Shown here: piece after piece, positions 53,113 through 64,000 of the stretch
Numbering within the stretch: the first letter of the stretch is position 1
How the letters are laid out: each line of letters starts with the position of its first letter
Origin: Rhizophagus irregularis
Lineage: Eukaryota
Direction: 5' to 3'
DNA length: 64,000 nt
Assembly: GCF_026210795.1 (NCBI RefSeq)
Contig: NC_089434.1
Span: forward strand, 558,001 to 622,000
Made by a program: the position numbers and the translations under genes
The notes under the pieces: model-generated
Seen by the model: only the letters and a program-made list of their open reading frames with translations
The model's database searches: none
What the model was told of the DNA's origin: nothing

Positions 53113-55369
53113 TTATAATTTATCAATATCTAATTATTTAAATAAAATTTAATAAATTAGTAATTCTAAAAATATTATTTTATTACATTAAAAAAAATGT
53201 TTACCATCAGGAATTTCCAATTCATCTTGTTCTTCTGAGTGAAGATTTGGATTATTGTGTATTTCAGCTTCATCTATGAAACAAAATAATATTATTATCT
53301 AAAAAATTTTTAATAAATAAATAATGTTTACCTACCATCAATATCACCAATTTGTAGCTGTTGTGTTGTATCTTTATAATGATTATTTTGTATATCAACT
53401 ATTGTTTAAATAAAATATCGTTTAACAAATAACTGACTGATTTGAGTATTTATTTATAATATTTTACTCACTACTTTTTGAATTTACCCGTAATTTTTTA
53501 AACACCTTGGTCAATCTTGTACTACCAGCTAAAATTAAGATATTAATACTAAGTATTTAACACAAATCGAATATTTATTCTTATTTAAATTACCTTCAAT
53601 AACATTACTATTTCTTTTGTTATTCTGGTTACTTGATTGACTAAATCCATCAACTGAAAAGCAAATAATTTCATCAATATCATACAATTTAATTTCAAAT
53701 TCAAATAAATACTTACTGCTATCAGGAATATTGAAGTTATAATATGTTTTATTACTGTGAAATGCTAAAAAAATTATAAAATAAGGATTAAACACTATAA
53801 TATAAATTTAAATAAAAATTATTTTTATTTTTACCTTCTTGTTCTTCTATTATTAAAAAAAAAGAGAGATGTATTAATAATGTAACTAATATTAACATAG
53901 ATAATAAAAAACACATTATAATACCTTTTGTTGCATTTTTTGGTTCAGGTAAATTTTCAAATTTATGAATTTTACTTGTAAATAATTTACTACTTGTGTT
54001 TGAATTTATTTCTTTATCCATTTTTGCTTTTAGTTGAGGTAGTTCGTTTGGATTATTTTGATAATATGACTTAATTTCTCTCATTTTATCTCTAAGTGTT
54101 TTAATATCAGGTCTTTTTAATGGATCAGCATCCCAGCATTGTTCCATTAAATTTTTATATTTTAAAGGAATTTCTGATATAATTTTTGGCCTCATGCCAT
54201 TAATTATATTAAGTGCAAGATCACAATCATGTTCATGATTATTAAATGGTGGTTGTTCGGATGAAATTTCCCACATAAGCATCGCAACACTATAAATATC
54301 TGATTTATATGTACACCCTCTTCCATTAAGTACTTCAGGATCAATGTAAGGAAGGTTTCCATATATACTTGTTGATGGTTTGTCTGCAGGACCACAAAAT
54401 CCAAGATCACTAATCTGCCAATTATCATTGAATTGTGAATATAATATATTTCCAGAATGCAAATCTCTATGAATTGAATTCTCTCTATGAATATTTTCAA
54501 GTGCATCAAATATTGTAGAAGTAATATTAATTTTTTCTTTCCATGTAAGTTGATTATAATATTGTTGTAAATATTCTCTTAAATTTATATCCATTTTACT
54601 TAGTACTAGCATGTAATTTCCATTTGATGGATTTTGTGTTAAACCATAACATGGAACAATATGTGACCATTTATTACTTATGGTTAAATGTGATTTAGCC
54701 TGTAATAAATAATTTAAAACTTCAATAAGTTAAATAATTTTTACCATAAAAGATAAATATTTTTAGATTATATACCTCTTCAAACCAACTTTGACTTGCA
54801 CTTTCAACATTTTCTAATTTTTTGAGTACCACTTGGATATACCTTATAGATCTTATTAATTGTTGCTTTTTAGAGTCCCAATCTTCATATCTTCCATCAA
54901 TCCAAGTTGCTGTATAAATTTCAGAAAATCCACCTTTTGTTAGATATTCAATACTTTGTAAATTATTATATGGAATCCATTCAATTATACTATTTGGCAT
55001 GAGTGCTTCTGATTGACATTTTTGTATTAAATTATCAATATCATTATTTCCAGATGTCCAACTTGAAAATTTTGTTTTTAAATAATTTTGGACACAATAT
55101 TCACAATATGATGTAGCCAAGCATTTTTGATTACAATTTTCGCAAATTCTTCTTGTCCCTAAATTATGAATAATTATATATCGGTCATAGTCTTTACTAT
55201 ATATTCTTATTGCTTCCGTTTTTTCATCATTTGTAAGAGAATTATCAGCAAGAATCGTTTGTTTTACAAATTCAAACCATTTGTGTGCAGTATCGTAAAT
55301 ATTATAATCAATTGAATTAACTGCTCTATTGATTGTTGCATAAACTAAATCTCTTCGGATATCAGACAT
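53113..55369 (-). CDS. TKL-type protein kinase, multi-exon (paralog 3)
   Basis: LTKGGFSEIY, VVLKKL, IHRDLHSGNIL, ISDLGFC, PYIDPEV; same short 3' exons; ends ...DIDKL-stop (last exon tentative). Confidence 0.88.
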
Positions 55370-57739
55370 AGTTTATTAAAGTATTATAGCTTTTAGCTTT
55401 ACTAAAAAAATTGAGCGTAAAACACAGAGCACAAAGAAAAAAATTTGGTACCAAAGTTAAACGAGTAGTTTGTGTAACCATTAAATCTTAGTATTGTCTA
55501 CTGATCTACCTTGCACATGCAGCATAATTTTTGGTTTTGTGTAAAAAATGCCAGAAATGAATATTCTGTATCAGGAAAAAAAAATCTAGTTAGCCACAAA
55601 TTGAACAACTTTATATGGTTGGCAATAGCCTTCATATTAATTATTTTGGACTTTTGAAACGTTATTTTGTAAATATTTATTTAATTTTAGATAGATATTA
55701 TCTAAATTGAGAAAATTTTTCGGTGATCTTCATCCCTACGTTTAACCGCAACTTTTAAAAAAATGAGTTATTGTAATTTTCCATAGCTCAATAATGTTTA
55801 AACTTCAAAATGTATTATTCTAATTCTTAAAAAATAAAAATATTAATACTTGCTGTATAATAAATAAATATAATTATACCAAAGTATTTGTCTTTGTTTG
55901 TGTTCTCGACATAGTAATAATGTAATTATCTAATTATCATTATATGTAAAAAAGTTTTTATTTTAGATTGTAAAATTAAACATTATTTATATGATTTCTA
56001 GTTAATTTTACAAATATGTTGTATATATATATAATATATATGAATCAAACATAGACCTTATTTAAAAAATTAGTATATTTTTGTGATTACGCATTTATAT
56101 AAATAATGATTTTATTATAATTTATAACATTTATTAATTTTTTTGTTCATAAATTACAAAACAGAGACAGGAAACGATACTCGTATTCTCGATTAAGGTT
56201 AAAGTACAGTACTAATTAATTTGTTGACGAAACTCGACAATGTATTTATTATCTCAATATCCCGACAATCAATCATTCGATTATGATCACGTTATAATTA
56301 TGTTACTACGTAATAGAAATTATTTACAGATCACTTATTATCACAATAACATGTTGCAGCAGCGACTAAAGGAGAATACTCTATTGTATATATGGCATGG
56401 TGCTAAAATTGTTAAGTATGGTTAATATGATACTTCATTCTGGGTATATAACAATATTGTATAAGTAAGTACAGAATCAAATTTGGTATGGGTATACCGA
56501 ATTACCAAATTACTATGATAAGACACTAATTTCAACCAAAGTTGTAATCATGTGACATTAGCGTCTGTGCTACTTACAATTCCAGCTAGAATTAAATTTC
56601 TTAAATAATTCCGACCAGAATTAAGATAATTAAAAAGTGGTCAAAATTGTCCATGCGAAATCAATAAACAAATTGGCTAAAAAATTGTCCATATGAAATT
56701 AATAACAAAAAGGGAAAAAATAGAGTGAACATGTAAAAATAAGGCAAAATTGTCCAGGAACAAAATTAATAATTAACAAGCAGCTTAAATGTTACTTTTA
56801 TTTATTATAAAATAAATATGAAACTAGCAAGTTGAAAACTAAAAAAATAGAAAAAATAGATTATTAATTCACAAAAAATTTAACGAAATAGCCGGCTGGC
56901 ATTACACATTTTGGCTGAAATTGTGAGTTGTGACAGATAATATGCTACTAAAAATTTCGTCCCTCAGATACTTGGTGATGAAGAAGTCACGTGATTTCCG
57001 TCGTATGTGGTCCTGGGATATTATATTCACGTCCAATACATGTTAAAGCAATCAAGGGTTTATTTAAATTTAACAATTTTTTCTACTAGTTACAAGACTA
57101 AAAAATTTTTAGTTTAAAAATATATAACTTATATTTGCTATACATACAGGTAATAGTTAGATGGTTTTTTAATCAATAAAGACAATTACTGGATCATGTG
57201 CGCAGATCATATGATAATCAGGAACAAATCCTTTTTTTTATTAGTCTTTTCGTTATATGTAGATGGTCACGTGTATGTATATATATAAACGTCTAATTAA
57301 TTTATAAAAATTCTTTGCATACTTTTAAACAAAATTAATGAGCAAATTTAAACGATTTTATCGGCAAACTTCATAATCTTTTGTCTCATAATAATTGGCA
57401 TATTACTAGTTATCTATATCAATTCTATCCGCTTCGAGAAAATACTATGACGATAGCTTTACTCTAATTATATGATGTAGCGTTGGTAAAATAGAAGCAG
57501 AATAATTTTATCATGTTATTTTAATAAATTTGAATGAAATATTAACTAAGAAATTTGTAAGACATCTTACTACTCTAGACTTAGTGTTTAAACATTCATT
57601 AATTCAAAGAATAAAAAATAAAAATAAAAATAAAATCGAAAAAGAAGAAAGGAAAATAAATATAGCTAATTTTCTAATCTAATATGTGAAATTACATTTC
57701 ACAGGATACAGCAACGAAACAAAATTCTTAGAAATTTAC

Positions 57740-57890
57740 TATCAATATCTAGCTATTCAATGAATTTATTAAATTGGTAATTCTAAAATATTATTTATTA
57801 TATTAAGAAAGATCTTTAACATCAGGAATTTCTAATTCATCCTGTTCTTCTGAGTGAAGATTTGGATCATTGTGTATTTTAACTTCATCT
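57740..57890 (-). pseudogene. Orphan 3' exon remnant of a deleted kinase paralog
   Basis: DEVKIHNDPNLHSEEQDELEIPD. Flanks match paralog 3 downstream DNA on the left and paralog 3 upstream DNA on the right (58330-58910 resembles 55560-56180). Confidence 0.8.
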
Positions 57891-57926
57891 ATAAAATAAA
57901 AAAATAAATTAATAATCTATCATAAA

Positions 57927-58267
57927 TAAAGATGGTCATCGGTCCTAAAAGACCGTGGTCCTACGGTTTTACACCTTAAAAAGACGGACCGGTCCGTCTT
58001 GGTGTAGGACTGCGATCTTTCGGTCCTGTATCACATATAATAAGACCGTCGGTCTTTCTAAGTACCGCAGCCTTTTTAAGACTTATCAGTCTTTTTTCTT
58101 TTTTTTTGCAAATAAAAAAATTTTTTAGCTTTAAATTTAATTCATTATATGAAGACCGGTATGAGGACCCCTACTGCGCCATAAAAAATGCAAGACCGCG
58201 GTCCGGTCCTACAAGTCCTGGGACCGACCAGTCCAGGACCGAGTAGGACCGTTAGGACCGATCCTTA
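57927..58267. mobile_element. hAT-type MITE
   Basis: 8-bp TSD ATCATAAA (57919-57926, 58268-58275). Imperfect TIR sharing ATCGGTCCTAA, with GGACCG/CGGTCC subterminal repeats like the MITE at 2172. Confidence 0.8.
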
Positions 58268-61200
58268 ATCATAAACAGTATACAATTCGAAATATTAACT
58301 TACATAAAGTACCTTGATATTTCTCTGTATCTTCTGTATCGGGAAAAAAAATCTAGTTAGCCACAAATTGAACAACTGTATATGTGTGACAATAGTCTTC
58401 ATTTTAATTATTTTGAACTTTTGAAACGTTATTTTGTGAATATCTATTTAATTTTAGTTATTATCTAAATTGAGAAAATTTCCCGGTGATCTTCATCCCT
58501 AGTACGTTAACCGTAACTTTTAAAAAAAATGAGTTATTGTAATTTTCCATAGCTCAATAATGTTACAACTTCGCAATGTATTATTCTGTTCTTAAAAAAA
58601 ATATTAATACTCGCTTATAATGAATAAATATAAGTATATCAAAGTATTTGTGTTCTCGACATGGTAATAATGTAATTATCTAATTATCATTATATGTAAA
58701 AAAAAGTTTTTAATTTTGGATTGTAAGAGTTAAACTAGTTAATTTTATAAATATGTTGTATATATATATAATTTATATTAATCAAACGTGATCTTTATTC
58801 AAATAATTATATTTTTGTGACCACGTCTTTATATAAATAATGATTCAAATATTTGTTAATTTTTTTCGTTCATAAATTGCAAAACATAGATTCAGGAAAC
58901 GATACTCGCATGTCACTACGACATTTTCAATTATTACGTCATAATTATCATAACACGCGATTAAAGTCATCAAATTTGAAATAAAAGAGATAGTGATTTT
59001 AATGATTTTGAAACATCTTTACAAATTTAATATTCAAATAAACAAGATAAATCGACAACGCTATTTTGGTTTATGGATGTTGCATGTTTTGTGATTATTC
59101 AACAGATATCAGAATTCCAAAAAGCAATGTATAAATATTATTATTTGTTTTTTATTTCAAACAATATTATTGCATTTAAATAGTCATATTATATACTTCT
59201 GTATTAAACTTTATATTGTATTAATCCTTCAAATTTTCTAACACTAGATCATGAAAAACTTTTTGTTTATCTATATTACGAATTTAAAAAAATTAACGCC
59301 TTAAATTTATAAAGAATCTATTTTATCGAAAATTTTAAAGTAAAAATAAAAATATTTTCATTAATTACAAAACCGTGTACATCTTAACGAATTTATTTCT
59401 TCTAATAAAGGTTATGAATTAATATTCAAAACTAACAATTTTTTCTCTTTGAACAGTGTGAATAAAAAGTAAAAATTTTGATTTTCTTTGATAGCAATTA
59501 AACTAAATGGTATTACGTATAAATATATCATTAAAACTTCCAGTGAAATAAAAAAATAATGTATACATAAATCTTAAATATGGAAAGAGTTCTTGTCATT
59601 TAAAAAATTCTTGGAAATTACTAACTAGAACATTCTATAATAATATATTTGATTCATATTACAAGTAATGAAAATCATTATCTTGTAATTCTAATTATAA
59701 TGAAAGTTTGTACGGATCAAATTATGTTATTAAAATAAAAGAATGGTGAGGGTTTAACAAGTTTAGAGTTTCAATTCGCGGACTGGCGGATCGGGACATT
59801 TTGGCAATTATACACGGATTTAATCAATAAAGGCAAGAATTTTTTTTTGAGATATCCTTAGACATATTATATAGTTAATTTAAAAACTCTTTTCAAATAT
59901 AGAAAAAAAGAGAAATTAGATCCGGATTGAAAATCTATCCGATGGATGAAAAATTCAATATGAATCAAATTTATTATAAACAAAATATTTTGCATATGAA
60001 ACTGATCAAAGAAAGCCATACCACAAAATTATAATAATAAAAATAAAATAACCAAAATAAAAAACTAATTAAAAAAGATTTATTTTTCGGTTTTGAACGG
60101 AAAAAAAATAAAAATGATGATTAAAAAATTATAGAAATTTGAACTAAAAACCAAAAACAAAAAAAATAATCAAGAAAAATTTTTTCAGTTTGAACCAAAA
60201 AAATAAAATAAAAAAAAAATTGATTAAAAAAATTTATTTTCTATAATGAATTAAAAATAAAAAAATAATTGAAAAAAATTAGCAAATTGATTAAAAAAAA
60301 TTTATTTTCGAAACTGAACTATAAAAAAAAGGATTAAAAAAAAAAATTTATTTTTGATATTGAACTCAGTTTGAACTGAAACAAATAATATAATGATTAA
60401 AAAATTTATTTTCAGTATTGAACTGAAAAACTGAAGGTAAAAAAAAATAATTAAAAAAATTTTTTTCGGTATTGAATAAAAAAAAACCCCAAAAATAAAA
60501 ATAATTAAATTTTTTTCAGGTTAAAAAAAAAAGAACCAAAAAAATAATCGGATTTAAAAAAAAAGTAACCGAATGCGATAATTGCGATCTGCTGCGGCCG
60601 ATTACATCATGTACCAAAAATGAAATTAAACTTTTTTTTCGTTATTAGCAACCTGATTAAAAATTTCAATCTCTTATCTCTTGGATAGAATACACATGGC
60701 CAATCAAATCCCCAGCGTAACCAAGTAACCAACAAAAAAAGCTTGAACACGTGATCTAAAGTGTGACGTCTAAATTTTGATTGATTGATCTTGTGTAACA
60801 TTTAACTTTTGAAAAAGACAATATTTAAGTTTTAACAAAATTTTTTTCTTTGTTTTTGTTTTTAAAATTCTCTGTATAACTGATAAAGTAGTTTGTGCTA
60901 TTTATACAAAAAACGCCGAAATATATAAAATTAATATATATGAATACTTTAATACTTGCTAAAACAAACTTTAAAAATTTCAAAGGAACGCAAAATATTA
61001 ATATTTATTGTTTATAATATGTGCGATAAAAATAATAAAAAGAAATAAATAAAAAAGAAAAGACAATATTTATATAATATAGGTTTCCAAGGTTTCCAAA
61101 AAATAAGATGTATAAAGAAATAGGTGAACGGGCAAGTTAATATTCGACGCGAGAAAAAAAACATTTATTTATAGTGTTTACAACGGTAAATGGGGAAGAT

Positions 61201-61319
61201 TAGACATGTCACGATTGTCACGCGTTGGGGAGTAATCTAAACGTGTAAACTTTCAAATCGAATTGGCGAAATTCTCAAATAATAATATATGAAAAATTTA
61301 TGTATTAAATATTAATTAT

Positions 61320-64000
61320 ACCTAATTTTCAAATTCGGTTTTAAAGTTGCAAAAAATAAATTATAAATAAAAAATAAAAATACGAAATTTTTTCTTTGAT
61401 TTAACTATAAACTAAAGCGAGTTATTTTTTGTATACGTAATATTTAAAATACAGTAAATAATACATATACAATATATGGAAATGTAATTAATATATGAAA
61501 CGATTACTAATCGGAAATTTGTTATAATCGTTAGAATCATTAGCGTGTTGATGAGTCTATAACCTTTTAAGCAAAGGATAATATAATAATTGTAGTTTAA
61601 ACTTTGCTATCCTAATTTGTTGCTCTCTTATTTATTGTTTGTTTCTATCCCACCCCAAAAAATGTAATTGAAGAAAAGGCGTGAAAATTATTATAAAGTA
61701 TATTGTATAATTATGCTATAGCCTTTTTAGAATATCCGTTTGAGATCAGGATGGTCCCAGAGGAGATGATTAACATTTGTTTACCATCTATGTACTGTAT
61801 AATTTATTTTTAAAAAAATAATAACCAATAAACATTAATAAACATTGTACAATACTTTATTTTCATGTTTTTTAAACTAATAAATTTTACTACTAAACTA
61901 TTTATTTCGGATTTTTTTTTAATAAATACTTTTAAGCAAAATCCCACACGAAATTTAAAAAGGATTATAATAAGTTAATTTCGCGTCTGAAGCGAAAATA
62001 TGAAAGTTAATATAAATATTCATCAAAAAATATTTATACTCTTAATAATGTATAAAAATCTATGTTCATATTTATTTTTTTTTTATACTTGACGACAAAA
62101 CGAACATTTTCCATTTTTACTCATAATTAGTGAATTAAGTAAATGTTCATCGACTAATCAGTAGAAATGATGTAAAAGAACATATATGTTGGATATTAGT
62201 TGGATATTGGAAATGAAAATTTAATAACGATAATTGCCGGAACGAAGCGAAGGAATTATTTCTATACTTTCTTGTGATAAAACATGCATTTTCATTTCAT
62301 CAATCCACTTTCCACTTATATTTTCTAATTTCTTTTTGAATGATACTAGCGCGACATTTTTCCATTTTCCTGGTAAATAATGGTTTATTTTAAATAATAT
62401 ATTATAACAAGCAGAAAATAATTCTAGGAGGTAGAAGACTTCATTTAATTTATTTGGTTCTAATACTAAAATTATTAAAGAATATTTCGTAAAGTGCAAT
62501 TAAAAAGGGCAAGGAGATGGTTGTGACTTGTGAGAAATATTTAAGGAACCTATATTTTTTTGATTGTTGCGCTGTTATAGTAGTTGATCACGCGCCTACT
62601 ACAGTATATACTATAAATAAAATTCTTTGTATACAATATACTTTAAATGACGTAAGAAAATAAAAATCTAGTGTAGTTGAATAGAAAGTTTCCCCGTTAA
62701 CGATGAATATCTTTTTATTTTTTAGGAGTACTATGAGGATAGTACTCAGTTTTCTTTATTTAATGTTACATTTTCTTTTGCATAATTGGTTTTTATTTCC
62801 CTTCCCCTTCCTCTTATCCTTGAATAATAGTAGGTTGTCTGAGGTGTAGTTGGAGGTTATATTTGATAGTTCACTTATATTTATTTTTTTAGGTAAAATG
62901 TGCGTCCAAAGGTTGGCGTGGTAGGAAAATGGTACCTGTTAGGCAGTGTTACCAGGGCTTATGTTGGGTTTATGAATAATTACAGTTATACTAAAGATTT
63001 AGGATTCTATATGTTTTGTAACCACATTTTGTTTTCCAATAGTATAAATAAATAAATGATATAAATACTTTTAAATGAAGTTAATTGAGCAAATTAATTT
63101 TATCAACTTTTACCTCACAATAATTGTCACATTGCAAGTTATTTATATCAATTCTATCTACTTCAAGAAAATTCTATATGTTACGAGATTTCACTTGTTT
63201 TAATATAGGATTGTAGCGTTGCCGGTTGGTCAAATAGAAGCAATTTTAAGCAGAATAATTTTTACAAAAAACCTAATAATTTATATTTGTAATTTATTAT
63301 ATGAATGAACTATTTAAGTTACAAACTAAGAAATTGTAAGACAGAATCTTACTACTCTAGACTTAGTGTTTAAATAGTAATTCAATAAAAAAAAATAAAA
63401 ATAAAAATAAAATCAAAAAGAAAGAGAAAGAGAAAAGAATAAAAATAGCTAATTTTCATTGAAATTTAATTTAATATGTGAAAAAAATTAAATATCACTG
63501 GAGATTAAAATCTAGGTTAGATTTCACAGGATACATCAACGTGACAAAATTCTTAAAAATAGTAAAATTACAATTTATCGATATCTAATTATTTAAAGTA
63601 AATTTAATAAATTAGTAATTCTAAAATATTATTATTTTAGGAGAAAATATTTACCATCAGGAATTTCCAACTCATCTTGTTCTTCTGAGTGAAGATTCGG
63701 ATTATTGTGTATTTCAACTTCATCTATGAAACAAAAAATAATATATAATTACTTATTATCTAAAAATTTTTAATAAATAAATAATAGTTTGCCTACCATC
63801 AATATCACCAGTTTGTGGCTGTTGTATTGTATCTCTATAATATTTATTTTGTATATCTACTATTGTTAAATAAAATATCATTTAATAAACACTTATTTTA
63901 TAAATAATCTCTAATTTGAGTATTTATTTTTTTAACGTTAATATTTTACTCACCACTTTTTGAATTTACTCGTAATTTTTTAAACCCTTTGGTCAATCTT
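61320..64000. repeat. Diverged segmental duplication of ~50740-53530
   Basis: Shared blocks TTTCGCGTCTGAAGCGAAA, AATAAACATTAATAAACATTGTACAATAC and TCTTACTACTCTAGACTTAGTG in the same order. Boundaries approximate. Confidence 0.82.
63568..64000 (-). CDS. 3' exons of a fourth TKL kinase paralog, continuing beyond the window
   Basis: Short exons ...KLRVNSKS / DIQNKYYRDTIQQPQTGDID / EVEIHNNPNLHSEEQDELEIPD match paralogs 1-3. Confidence 0.8.

Noticed and set aside
59765..60605. A-rich degenerate repeat block flanked by GC-rich patches, a possible non-autonomous element
   Set aside because: I could not identify paired TIRs or a TSD.

Overview
Very AT-rich, intron-containing eukaryotic DNA. The gene content (expanded TKL-type kinases with DLG instead of DFG, F-box/LRR-like gene) fits an arbuscular mycorrhizal fungus (Glomeromycotina, Rhizophagus-like); this assignment is an inference from family recognition. 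The left ~37.5 kb is a nest of mobile elements. It holds a canonical Helitron (20291-25645) whose RepHel has one nonsense codon. A second, divergent RepHel (Helitron2/Helentron-like) is split by a complete 6.2-kb hAT element and reconstitutes to an in-frame 1368-aa protein. A putative non-autonomous Helitron carries a probable tandem OB-fold gene. Two related ~172-185-bp satellite arrays each lie upstream of a Helitron-type hairpin. Also present are a Myb/SANT+RS gene, a coiled-coil gene, a CMC-like insertion, MITEs, and Tc1 and Transib-like remnants. The right ~26 kb is a tandem array of spliced kinase paralogs and fragments with one SAM-dependent methyltransferase gene. The best candidate for an undescribed system is a multi-gene rolling-circle element or family (RepHel plus OB-fold, Myb/SANT-RS and coiled-coil accessory genes, plus satellite); its outer boundaries are inferred, not proven. 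All exon models were read by hand from GT-AG sites and frame continuity.
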